NCBI GenBank assembly: GCA_965655095.1
Contig: OZ296652.1
Span: 110,980,001-111,044,000, forward strand
Length of the DNA stretch: 64,000 nucleotides
Origin: Haplodiscus bocki
Taxonomy: Eukaryota
Direction: 5' to 3'
Shown here: in pieces, positions 1 through 13,100 of the stretch
Layout: each line of letters begins with the position of its first letter
Numbering within the stretch: the stretch's first letter is position 1
Notes under the pieces: generated by a model
What the model saw: only the letters and a program-made list of their open reading frames with translations
Databases searched by the model: none
Told to the model about the DNA's origin: nothing
Position numbers and translations under genes: made by a program

Positions 1-689
1 AAATAGTCGAATGCATGTGAAAATTACGGTGAGTAGTTAGGAAAGGGGGGTTAAATGCTGTTTTTGACTCCCAAGGCGAAAATTTATAAGTCGAAAAGGT
101 CAAAGTACAAATTCAACCGAAAATGAATTTTGTTGACCAAGTACACAGTAAGTAAACAAAATGTCAAAATTAGTTGACAATGCAAATTTTCTACGTCAAA
201 CTGACAGTTCTACAAAAGTTCCCCTGAGTATTTTCGAAATTTGTTTGCCAGCTATCCATTATATGACAAAAGCTTTTACATTGACAGAAATCACACAACT
301 TTTGGAAAAAAAACCATTTTTTTTCAAAAACCCACACTTTGTACGTTGAGAAATCTTGCTGTTTCAGTAGCATTCTCCCGATAAAAAATTTTCAAACTCA
401 ACCGGAGACTAGCGTCAATTCGGACCTTATCAACTGGCAAAAAACGTTCGTTTTCAGCGTTTCGACTGGATTATTTCCTTCCATATTTAAAATTGGGAGA
501 AAAAATAAAAGTCAGCGAGTCCATAAACCGCGGTGGGCAAAACTTGAATGTTACTCTTAATGTCTAAAACCAAAAGACATTCTCAAAAGCCGTGGTTTAG
601 CAAATTCACATCGGAAGAGGTAATTCTGAATTTCCGAATTCCGGTTAACATTAGATGCATCACTGTAGGCGACTCCAAAACCATACTGC

Positions 690-1140
690 AGAACAATTAA
701 AGGGCAGTCTTACTAAGTTCGAAACCCAAAACCCTGAAAACTCCGAACTGAAATTGAAATGACTCAAGCAAACTATATGTTTTATGAATAAGTGCGGGTG
801 AAACCAGAAGCATCTCGGAAAAACAATTAAACGTTAGTGTCACAACGCCTCAAACCAAAACTCTTTCTGAAAAAGCTGTTTTCACAAACTCAGTTCAAAA
901 AGTTGATTTCACAACTCCGAACCTGAAGAAATGTTTGTGGATGAGTCCAAAACATGCAAAACGATTGAAATGGGAACTCAATTAAGTTGTTTTTATTCCT
1001 TGGGAAAACCGAAATGCCAATTGGTAACAATTAAACGCTACTATCATAAAACGGGAAAATTAAAAATGTCTCTGAAAAAGCGTTGCTTCGCAAAATCATG
1101 CCGAAATGGTTGTGCTAGACCTGCAAATAAACATGTCATG
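690..1140. repeat. Highly degenerate tandem repeat, period about 200 bp
   Basis: aacaattaaacg at ~822 and ~1027 (variant at ~692); ctgaaaaagc at ~867 and ~1073. Confidence 0.35.
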
Positions 1141-4100
1141 AAATGGCGTTGGAGAGCAAACAAGTCATCTGAGAAAAAATAACGCAACCTTCATTACCGA
1201 TGGCCAAAGTGGTTGTTGAATAGTGCAATGTTTTTTCTGATTCACATCAAAAACGCGATTTCATAGAGTTAAATCATTCAACTAAACATTTCATGTTCCA
1301 GCAATAACGAGCACAAAAACTATACTGAAACACAACCGGGGCGTTGGTATCACATTACATAAAACCAAAATAATTTCTAAAAACGCCCTTTCCTTCCGAA
1401 ATCAGTGACCGATTGTCGCTTCAATCCTCCGAATAGTACTAGAAGATTGGATAGTCTTGTGCACACCCAAACTGATTTGAAAGCAAAGAAACATTACTAC
1501 TCCTTTTCCCGTTAAACCCAAAGTCAGTCTGAAGAGGTCGTACTTTGATAATTCATTTCAAAAAGTGAGAAATTCCACCTCAGCTAAACAACGTCGTACG
1601 AGATGTACAAGTACCGGCAACCCCAAAGCTTTTTTGGAAAACAAAAGACCGTTAGCCGCATGTTATTGAAAACCACACTCCCGTCAAAAAACGCCATGCT
1701 TTGGAAAAATTCCAAGCGAGAAGGTGTTTCTAGTTGTCAGAACTAAACTAAACTCTCAATATAGTCTTACAAAAGGCCAAAAAGTGAACTGGAACAAACG
1801 AAAGGTGACTCTTGATTTACAGATTACACGTTTCTCTGAAAATGCCTCTTTCTTGCCAATTTACGTCAGAAATTGTTCTAGAGCTCTGTCAATAAGTAAA
1901 CAATCCACGCACAAAGCGCAATGAGCCCACAAACTATATTGGAAAAAAATTGAGCACAACTCGAAGAATTTGGGAAACCAAAGTCCAGAAAATGGGGCAA
2001 TTTTTGAAATCACATCGAATAGCGCAAATTAGTTCAAATCAAGCGTTTGTTTTACCAGTCGGGGTGAGCTCAAAACCAAGATATGGCACACTAATGTTTG
2101 TCTCACGCCACTTAAAATTCAAAGTTTTTCTCTGAATGCCACACCCGACACTTTTTGAAACAAAATTGGCTATAGTCCTGCTGGCGCAACTAAAGACTTT
2201 GGCTAAAGTTTGGGCAATTCTAAAACCACATTGGGGAAACAATTGGACGCAAATTGAGCAACTGTTTGAACCAAAAACTCACTAAAAAAATGCATTTCCG
2301 TCAAACTGACATCAAAATTACTGAAATCAAACATCCAAATATAACTGAAACAAGGTACTGCTTTCTTGATTGAGCTGAACAGCACAATGACGGCAATCCA
2401 AAGTTAGCTTCACATCAACTAAAAATAAGATTTTTTGGAAAACCCTTCCTGTTGCAAACTCACATGAAAAATGTGTTCCAGGTTTCCGAACTGTGAGAAA
2501 ATTTAATGTACAAATTTTCAGCAGTCCAGTACCTTTTTTCTTGAAAACGAGAACAAAACCGTTGGTTGTAGACATCCGTTATCAACTGTACATTTGATGT
2601 AAAAAACAGTACGAGCTCGAAAACAAAACATCGAACAACGAAACGAAACTTTCACGCAGCCAACTCTCGTTGGGAAATCTGTTCGGGCAAAAGTTTACAA
2701 CCAACGAACGATAAAAATTAGCGAGCAATGTTTGCATCTAGAAAGAAAACAGTGGAAGTCACATCAAAATCTATTGCATTTTTTAGCAAGGACTTGAGTT
2801 TTTCGTCAAAGTTTCATTCTATTCATGACAACCAAGTATAATAAAATGGTAAGAGGCCTAGAAAGCGTTTTTCAATCAGCTTCCAAAACAAAGAAGAAAA
2901 ATTGGGACGAAAGTTTATTTGAGGCGATAATGTTTTCCAGAAGTTATGAACAATCAAAATCCACAAAACGGCTTTTTGGAAATTTCGCTTTGCATTCTCA
3001 ACACTATTCGAGCTTTGAAATTAGGTAGGCGATAATAGTATTGCATAGTGCAGCCACAGAAGGAAAAAGCTGTTTTATTTTGATCCGTGGAAAATTTGAT
3101 GAAGCTGAAATGTATGTAACTAACAACGTTTGCTTGATCTGATTGAATACAAGAACAGCACTCTTTGAGCCTCTGATAATTCGCCGTTTTTGTTCTAAAT
3201 TTTATATCAAACGAATAAAACTTTCAATTGAAATAACAGGACCACAAGTGTAAATTCAAAATTTGAAACAAAGCGTTGAAAAAAAACACTGATGTAAAAT
3301 GCTTCTGGATAGTTTTTGTTAGCAGTTCAATTTTCAGATTTTAATGTGTTTTGCGGCCTGTTTATATTTTCACTTCTAATCTTCCACATCAAGGCTCATA
3401 AAAAAAAGAACAGAGCTGAGGTTCTTGACGTTCAATAGTGATTTTGGGAATTAAAAGTAGGAAAGACTTGGTTTCGAGAGACCATAAATGAAGAACACAC
3501 AAAAATGCTTGCTCTCGTTAAGACGCTACTTACTGATATGCGTTGCCTGTTTGTCTGGATGCTTCGTTCACTAGAATCTCAAGCTTCACCTGGAACATGG
3601 AACACTTTGTTTTTTCCCGTTCGTTTTCTGCTTTCCAATACCGACGGGAGAGAGGCTTTTTGTCTAAGTTTGGGGGTTAAGTCCGCACTGCTATCTAAAC
3701 TTACAAGCCCTTCAAACTTTCAAAAGGTAGTGTATTTCAGAGGGTAACAAACAGCGATGCAAACTTTGGACGAGACAGCGGGTGTATCCCATGGCGCTTA
3801 GTTTGCCACGTTCTTTCCCAACGTCTAAACTATAGTACCTTGAAGAAAAGAAAGCACAGTCTTCCGGAAGTAAACATCAACTTTAGCCTAGTTCTGCCTC
3901 ACCACTTTGTTTGTGGTAAATGTGTTCTATGCAATATTAGCGTTCGCAATCGCCGTAATGCAGCTGGCAATTCTTTCGATTTGCTTTCTAAATACATTTC
4001 AGGCAACTTCTAATACCTTTCTACGGCGCGCATCATAGATCATCCGTATGAAAATCACCAAAATTTGAGTTTGAGCTTAGCGGGTAAAATAAACTCTGAT

Positions 4101-6951
4101 TGAATGGAGTTTCTCAATGCAAACGCTGGTTGTTTTTATCAGTAACTTTCGATTCATGCCTGGCGGTTTTTGCAATTGGGCTGAAACAATATGAGCAGAT
4201 TCATGTTCATCGAGCCAAAGCTCAACACTCTGGCTATGAGGGATGGTCTAGTGCCAGCTATCTAATAGGCTTTACTGAGACTGAAACATTGTTTGTTGCA
4301 TTTAGTCCATGATGATTTTTTTGCCTGAAACTAAGTAGACAGTCAGTCATAAATGCTTCCGCCTACACAAAGTGTCGCTCAAACCAAATGATCGAGGCTC
4401 CTTGAAACCAATTCCGTTTCGATTCCATTTTTTCTCTTATGCACTGTTTTCGTTCAGTGGGGAAAATTTCGCAAGTAGGCAAATTTGGAAACAGCGAGTG
4501 CTCGCTAAAGAGTTCTTTTTTCAGTCACATGTGCCGCACTTTTTTACAGTTACCTCACAAAATGAGTCAGATCGAGGAGTGGGACTGTGCCATGCTTGTT
4601 TCTCAACACTATTTAGTTAGCAACAAAGCGTCTGCAAAATGCTCAAGTAAAAAATTCAAGAAGCGACTTTCACAAAATCAGGTGGAGATTCCAGCCTTTA
4701 ACGTGGTGGAAGCGCGGAGACAAACTCTTTCAACCGCTCGACTGAAGTAGTTTTTGATCGGATCAAACCAGTGGAACTAAGATTCACTCAACTGATGTCT
4801 GTTTGAAAACATTACACACTTATGGCAATTGAAGAACTTCAAATTGCGCTGAATCTTGGAAACAGAGATCTTGAACAATATCTCATCTTGACTTCCGTAC
4901 TGAAGAAGCACCTTCTACATAAAGCACAAAACCTTTCTTTACCCACAACCTGCTTTGTATTCAAGTGCAGATCTTCTTTCCTCGTTTGCTAAAGGTGGCA
5001 ATTTTCACCAGGCAAAAATCACAAACGGTATTAAGCAATTCTGTTCACTCCACTCTCGAGAGAATTTTCAGGATCTCCTCAAAAGCATTCAGTTTGTCGT
5101 CGGTCAAGAGTCCTGCAATCAAAAATATGCCATTTTGATCGGCCCAATTCTCACAAAATGATGCAAAGTCATCCGAAATTGATCCTTGTCAACGCCTAGA
5201 GCAATTATTTTTTGAAAGGCTCCGATCAGAATTTCATCAAATCAAAACTTTATATTCTTTAATTTCACGAGAAGTCTCCTCCTTGATTGAATTTCGCAGT
5301 CAGCATTGGGTATTTTCGCTTCTAGAGTGTACACGGTTCTTGTAATGATAGCTGAAAGTTGCTACCCATCAAATTTTGAGGCTGAGTCAGCATTGTATCG
5401 CCTACCGGATGAGTGCTTGATCAGAAGAATTGAAGCGAGCAGGTCTTTGATTAGAGTTACTGTAGAGTCAAAATCAGTCTCGATGTTTTGCCGCTAAACT
5501 TGGGTCACGCGAATAAACACATCTACCGAATGTTGTCCTCATATGTGCTAAGAGCAATACGCTCAATTTCAGGCTGCGCAATGGCAATTTGAACCAAATG
5601 ATAGTGAATCTAGAACGAATCCAAGGTATCTGGTTCCATCGGACTACATTGAACAACTGCTGTCAGATAGTTATCGATTGTTATTGGATAGATTGGGGAA
5701 ACTTCTCACCTAATCTGTGATGTGGCAGAATGGTCGAAATTATGTTTTTCTCCAAAGTGTTGAGATACTTTTACGCCGAACCAATCCAACCCTAAACGCT
5801 TTTCCTGTATGTCGTCAACTTCGGCCCAATTTGGACCTTGACTGCTGTTGGGAAAGGCTATTTTCGGATGATGGGTAACATTTGGGACGCAGTACCCTAT
5901 TTAAGCATGCACCATGAATGTTTTTTTTGGAATTTCATCCTGCTTTTTCAATTAATTAGTTCGCTCCGCGAAAATGTACAATAGACAGTTCCGATTTATC
6001 ACAATTTGCAGCACTTCACGTACTTTCAGCCCAAACCTTCAGTTTGTCACGCGAAAGTAAAAACTTCATCTCAGTTGGAGACAGTTTCGATTAGCTCAAA
6101 GCATTCCGCCACAATCCGAAACTCCACCTTACATGTGCTGCCCTGAGAGTTTTACGGCAACCTCTTATTCGAAAAACGATCGTTTAAAAAATCTTATGGC
6201 CTGCGTTTTGTTTGGTCAATTCTGGGAACATTCTCATTACAGAGCAGCAAAGTACATAGGGTAAAAGTACAGAAATAGCTCCTAAAACTTCTACTTTTGA
6301 ATCTCTAAATTCCGGTGAGACAACCTCTAATTTTTGGAAAAAAGACGTTGTGTAGATGCTTTACTTATCATATGACGATTGTATTTTACAAGTATTTTGA
6401 ATAGCAGCTCGTACTTTTCAGACAGCACGCAGAATATACGTTAACATAGATGCAGTAATGCGTGATAATGTGAACTGCAATAGTGTGGAGCGGCTATATT
6501 ACTATACTAAGGTTTAAAAATCGGACTCCTCATTGTGATTTTCAAGATGAAGTGTTTCAGGCAAATGAAACGGTAACGTCTGGCAGCAAAGAAAAACGGT
6601 GCCATGAAAATTGAGCTAGGAAGTGGAGATACATGGTCAAACTTTACTGCGTGTAAACTGTCTGAAAACTTTGATGGCAGTTGAAATACAATTTCCCTGA
6701 GAATAGAAATCGCGCTAAGATCATTATTAAACATTTCAATCAATAAGACATTCACTCAATTTTTTGGTCATGAAAAGATCAGAACACTATTCTTAATTGA
6801 AATTACATAGTTCAAAAAACTTGGTACTGTACAGGAGGTCATGGTTACTATGGTCGCGAAGTGAGCAGCTCGCATTACGTGCTCCGAGGCCACGTTACTG
6901 CAGATCTTCGGGTGTCTGTACGGAATAAAATCAAAACATTTTTGCAAGACT

Positions 6952-7115
6952 TCACATGCCAGAATAAGCAGGTCCACCGCCTCCTTCAGGTACGACCCAA
7001 TTAATATTCTGAGAAACATCCTTGATGTCGCAGGTCTTGCAATGGATACAATTTTGAGCATTGATCTGAAGTCTTTTGCCATCTCCGTATTCGAGCGGAA
7101 CATACTCATATACAC
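6952..7115 (-). CDS. ETFDH: ETFDH last coding exon (4Fe-4S binding)
   Basis: Contains CIHCKTC and ends [11 protein letters not shown]. Confidence 0.96.
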
Positions 7116-10100
7116 CTAAAATAAGAACATTAGTCATAATTTTACACAGGCGAAGCTGTGCTTCGCAACACTTCTGCCAACGGAATAATAGTGTACAAAT
7201 CGACTAAATGTAGCTGATTTTTGAAGGGGTCACGACGCCACGAATACTACTGATAACAAGTGTACAGAAACTCGGTTGATTCTTCTACATTTATATACAC
7301 ATAAGAAACGCTATAGCAATTTATTTGTTAGATATCTTGAATAGAAATACTGATTCTTTAGCGGCAATGTCAAAAGAGCATGCAACCGCGGAGCGAAAAG
7401 TCCCAGGTTCGAGCCTATGACACTCCCTCCTCTCCTTGGTTAAAATTTAGGAACTTGTACGAGAAGTGAACGGATCGGATAGAGAATTTAGAAGCCTGTG
7501 ATAAAACACTTAGTTGCGCAAGTGTAAAAAATAAAGAAGTCCTACAAAAACGTTTTTGCTAAATGTAGTTTATCACGATTTTTTTGATAACCAGAATTTA
7601 TCGTTTACAATTTTCCTCTTTACTGTATACTACAGGTAATATAACATGGAACATCGCAACACAGTCTGACTTGTCAGCTGAGATAGCGGATCCCGAAAGA
7701 CAATTGGAGATGTGATTGACACTTTTAGAAATACTGCACCAGCTGTGAATCAAAAGAGTCGAATTGAGGCAAATACCTGTCACAAAACTGGCCCTCATAC
7801 ACGAAAAGTTGTTTTGTTACTCATGTCTTTTCAGGTTCCGCTATTTTGCTGCCCAATGTTTAAGCAGTTTCCACAGCAAACAATGCAAAAGTGAACAAGT
7901 ACCAGCGAAAGAGAGGCATTTTTTTGACCGTTCTACACACGACGACTAGACTCTCTTGTGTAGCCTAGTTGTGTAGTTTTAGCCTAGTTTTGAATAGGCT
8001 AAAAAACAAAGCATAGGCCGGTTTCAATACACATTCTTTCTTTCAATAAGAATGTGTAGAAACTCATGTAAAATTACCAGAGAAGTTTATGTAATTTACC
8101 TCATGTGGTTATCTCCGAGGATCTTCAAGTAACTTCGTCTACCCTCAGGTGGTAAAATTACCAGAATTCTCATGTAATTTGACCGAGGAAATTTTCCAGT
8201 GCAGACCGTATTGAATTGCAACTGTGGCCTATAGCATTTTTTGGGCTAAATCATGCGTCTTCAATTCGAATGCTGCCATTCGAGAAAAAACGGGTGGCCA
8301 ACTAGTCCGTAACACCAAAAAATATCTCTGTGGTTGAATTCCTACGTTTTGAATACGTCTAGATTACTAAATAGCTTAAACGCGATTTCATTTCTGATTT
8401 CTTGCACTTTCACGACATAATTCAAAATTTGTGAATCGAATTTTTGGTAGCGGCCTATATTCTTGTGAGGTTTCTGCCTTTCAAACCCACTTTTAGTTCG
8501 GCTTAAAACTGAATGCGGCCTTAATTCGACTAAAGATGGTAGTATTTTTTGGTCGGCATTTTTAGAAGCAAAAGTGCCCGTCTACTACAGTGGTTTTTTT
8601 TGGTTCCTAAGACTTCGAAATCGATGAAAATCTAGACTCCCAACCCGAAGTGATTGGTACTCTAAAAAGCTGTGGTGGTCTACAGGGCGAGACAAACAGG
8701 TCCTTAAGCCATAGACACGGGTTCGAGACTAGGTATGTCCAAATTTTTTTTTAGTGAAAAATGTCCGATTATCGCAAAAATCGTCCAATTTTATGGTTTT
8801 TCGGTATATTTCTATTTTTGGGTGTTACTGTATTTTGATGCCTCTACCACCCACAAAAATTTCTGCTACCCCGGCCCGTTGGTCTAGAGGATAGGACAAA
8901 ATGTTTTAAAGCCAGATAGACGAGGTAAGTCCAAAATATTCCGCGGGAAAAACGTTTGATTTTAGTTTTTTAACACCCACTCCAAATTTTATGACACCAA
9001 AAAAGAGATGCCCATTGATATTTTGAGCCGTACTGGCGCCGCCGACTTGCGACGTTCAAGGCTTCTTGTCTCTGAAACACTGTATAAGTTCTAATTCTTC
9101 TAGTCATTGCTCTGAGGAACTAGCTCAACGGCCCTGATCGCCACCTGCAGGGCTGGAAGTAGTCGTACGGAAGCTTTCAATGTTCTGAAAAAAAGCTATA
9201 ACATTTTTGGTAAACCAAAGTGAGGTCTCAGAGCCTTTGTCCAAAAGTCTCGCAGCCGAAAATATTAGTATAGGAACTCTCTGATGTTTGTAAACTTTTG
9301 CATCTTTTCGTGTATTTGTTGGTAGTATTTCGTCTTTCGATGCAGAACACACAATTTTCCGTTTTTGCAGAATATGTGCTAAAAAAAAACTAGCCATTTT
9401 AATAGTTGCGCACTTTTCCTTTTATGAAGCGCCTCCTAAGAATACTTTGTCGATCAATTTATAACTCGAGTAATTGCCAAGCAATATGTCCCTGAGGGAA
9501 TTTGATGGATAGTGAATATATTTTGGCAACCTGCAGGACAAAATCGTTGCTCGGGGCCGTCATAGATAGCAAGATTATGATCAACAGGCACAGAGTCATT
9601 CTTGAGAGTCAAATGGGCGGGCTGGTCATGTTCATGGTTGGTTCCAGTCAGAGCCACAGAAGACAGGAGATCAAAAGTTAATTTGTTGTCTGCTTTTGGG
9701 TAGTCTATAGTGGTAAATTCTTTAGCTGGTTTCAATTGCTCGTTATCCTTTCCTTGAAGAAAATTTCAATGATTCTCAACTTTATATCCAGTTTTAAAAC
9801 ACTTGGATTTAGAATATAAATTGTTCGAAACTCACCATGGTGCTTCAACGTCCACGGTTCCATGCCACGCATGATCCACACTGACAATCCAGTATACCCA
9901 ATTCCACCCATTCGTCCAAATTTGGAAAACGCAGGTCGCGAATTCCTCACCTGTTTCAATTCTTTCCAAATCCAACTGTTTTTGATTCTTTCATCATAGC
10001 TTTTAGCATATAAGGCTAAACAAAAGAAAAACTCTCGTGGAGAAAACAAGCCGGTAACGCCTCAAATTATTGCTGTCTTTGAGACCCAAAACGCTATTAG

Positions 10101-13100
10101 GATGGACCTTTCGTTTTCGAAAACTTTTTACCATGAAAAAAATCAGGTTTTGTCTCGAGGCTCCGAGCATTTTCCAAGAGAATTTTTAGTTCGTTATGCA
10201 CTCTGGGAAATGCGACAAAGCTGCTTCTTTGCAGATTTTCTATATTGAAAATTTTTGAACAAGCACTCGATGGCCGCAAAACGAACACTCTTCGAGGAAA
10301 ACAATTTGGAAGAGAACACGCAAAAAATTCTGCGATTCACCAATAACAAATCAAAATATTTCAGCATAGTATTAAGCGCACGAAACATACCATGCCCGCG
10401 TTTTCACAAATCCCTTAGATTTCGGATTTTGGAAGAAGCAATTGATGGCCGCATTCAAACAGGTAGTTTCCAAAAAAAAGCATTTGAAACAAAGGCGCAA
10501 AAAAACTTCAAACTACAGGTCAAGATATTCTGCGGGAAGACTAAACACAAGACTCCTGCTTCTTCGCAAATTCTCCACATTGCGGGTTTTTCAATGAGCA
10601 CTAAAACACTGCACTACGACAGGCTTCAAGAAAAACAAACTAGCGAAAAGACGCAATTAAAACACTTACAAATTACAAACTACAATTCCAGAAATTCGGC
10701 AACGGAGAGAACTGGATCAGCACGGCTTCTACGCAGGTTCGACATACAAAGTGCTCTTTTGACTGTAGTGTCCGGAGAATACACTTTCAAAAGAAATTCA
10801 AACTGCGTCAAAAATTTCGCGAGAGGAGTATGCAACAGGAAATCCCCAATTCCAACTCTTTTTGCTTATTTCATTACAAGTTTTAGCATATAGGGCTAAA
10901 CAAAAAACAAATTCGTCTCTGGTGACTGCCATATGCCTCCTTTTCCTTAGATCTTCTAAATTTTCCGAAAATTCAGAAGAGCACTCAATGGCCGCAATTC
11001 AAAATGACTCTTCGATCAACAAACAAACCGAGAAAAACGCAAGTAGAAATTTCTCGAATTCTAAAGTAAACAGCAAAGCATTCGCAAGAAAAATAGGAAA
11101 AAAAACAACCCGTCTTCTGCACAATTCCTTCAAATTACGGGATTTCGAATGACCACTGCATGACCGCAATGCAACAAGTAGTCGTAAGAAAAAAAATTTT
11201 GCAAACCACCTGCCAGCAAAACTTCTCGAATTCAAAAATAACAAATCCAAACACTCCGTGCGTAGGCTAAGAAACGAAAGAGACAATACAAACCATCCTC
11301 CCAGATTTTCCGCATTGCGATTTTTCCAAGGAGCACTGGATTGTAGCAATCCAACAAATAAGACACTTTCGAAATTCAAAGTACAAATCAAGACAAATCG
11401 CGTGGAAAACTGAACCCGCCAATACCTGAAACTTCAGTTTCTCAATTATTGGGTTTTTCAAATTATAATTCAGGAACAGCAAAACAGCTAGTGGCCTTGG
11501 AGAAACACAACTTCGAAAGATTGGCGCAAACGAACAAACTTCGAATTTCAAATTACAATACGAAATAGTTCGCCAGAAAAAAGTAAAGGGGACATCCCTG
11601 GTACTCTGTAGATTCCCAATGTGGCTAGTGTTTGAACGGACAGTTCATGATTACAATCCATAGAAAAAATGTCCGACAAAAGAATTTACATTCAAATATC
11701 AGGCAATGAGAGGGAATTAGAATTCCTTAGGCATTTGACAATAAACTGCTTATTGGTCTATTTACTTTTATCACCTGATTCCCGGCACTTGTGAGGCAAA
11801 CGCTCTTAGCAAGTAAGTGAAGTCAACTTCCCGCTAGAATTTGACTACCGCATTGGCGAGCAGCAGATGAGAAAATTGAAAAAATTGGCAAAGATGAACG
11901 ATCCTGTTCCAAATCACTTGCTAGTCGGAAGCGTAAAGCAGCCCAAAAGCGGAGCTTCGCAAAGCTGGCATATCGAAATTCCTCTATATACCCAAAAACT
12001 CCAACAGCATGACCCATTAAATATCTCAAGGAAGCTTGCCGAAAAAATTACAAGCTTTTTCGGAAACATCAAAACGACGTTAAACCTCATAAAAAAACAA
12101 AAATTTGTCAGACTGTCTTGAAAATATTTTGGGATTTTTAGCAAAGTCCTTTTGTAAAGAAACTGAGAAACAAATGAGAAAATGCTAGGAAAATGCGACT
12201 TTTATATGTGAAATTTTCTATTCGTCTTCAAAACCTACAACAAACATTAGCACGCTAGTGCGCGGGATACTCGCTGTTCCCTGTCAAAGCAGATTTTTGT
12301 ACAAAAAAGAAACTTTCAGAGCTTGTTCAGAGCAGCAGCACGTACGTTTTCATCTCATTTGATACACAGATGTAGCCATAAAACTGACCTGAAGAGCAAT
12401 TGCGCAAAAACTATGAAAAAAACACACTTTGACGGCTTTTGGCTAATTCCGGAGCACCAAGAATATCATTACGGAGATTTACAAAAAAAATCTGAAAAAA
12501 TTGTCAATATTATCACGCTCTATATTTAACTAACATGGATCTGCAGTAGCTTTGCAAGGCAAAAGAGCAATTTTCCCAGCAAAGAAAAAACAATCTTTTA
12601 CATAAAAACTAGCAAAATATGGATAAACCCTGAAAAAGTCCTCCCGAATTTGTTTTCACAGCAATTGCAGCTAAAAAGCAAACTGAGGAAGCAAAGCAGT
12701 AAACTCCTCAAAACGAAAAATAGCTATTTCTTGCTGAATTCGAACCACTGAACACCCCAATGCTAAAAACGCCAGCTGTGAGGCGATTAAATTGTGCATG
12801 TATCCTATCCAACTGGCCTAATTGCAAAAAAAACTGATATGGGAGATAAAAGGTCGAAAACTGCAAAAAATTTTAAAAAAATCCGTAACACCTACTGATT
12901 TTCTGAAAATAACCTATAGTGCCAAAAACAGCAATTACTTCAAAAGAGAACTAAATAAACAATAGTTTTGTCAGTTTCTACTTAGTTTACATTTGCGGTC
13001 CAGCAATATACCACTTTTGAAAAATTTCTATCTTTGAGAAAAAGGAAATTTTGATTACGATTATAAATTAGACCTTCGAGTTATTATCACAAAACTGGTC

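Noticed and set aside
4700-5900. Possibly decayed coding or transposon sequence on the minus strand
   Set aside because: It has protein-like stretches but frequent stops and no identifiable motif.
8670-8930. tRNA-like segments (tggtctagaggatagg, gggttcgag); similar at ~7400, ~24195, ~57630 and ~62290
   Set aside because: No complete cloverleaf could be formed; they are probably repeat- or SINE-derived fragments, not tRNA genes.
10255-11551. ORFs of 94-212 aa in the repeat region
   Set aside because: They have no recognisable motifs and lie in degenerate intronic repeats.
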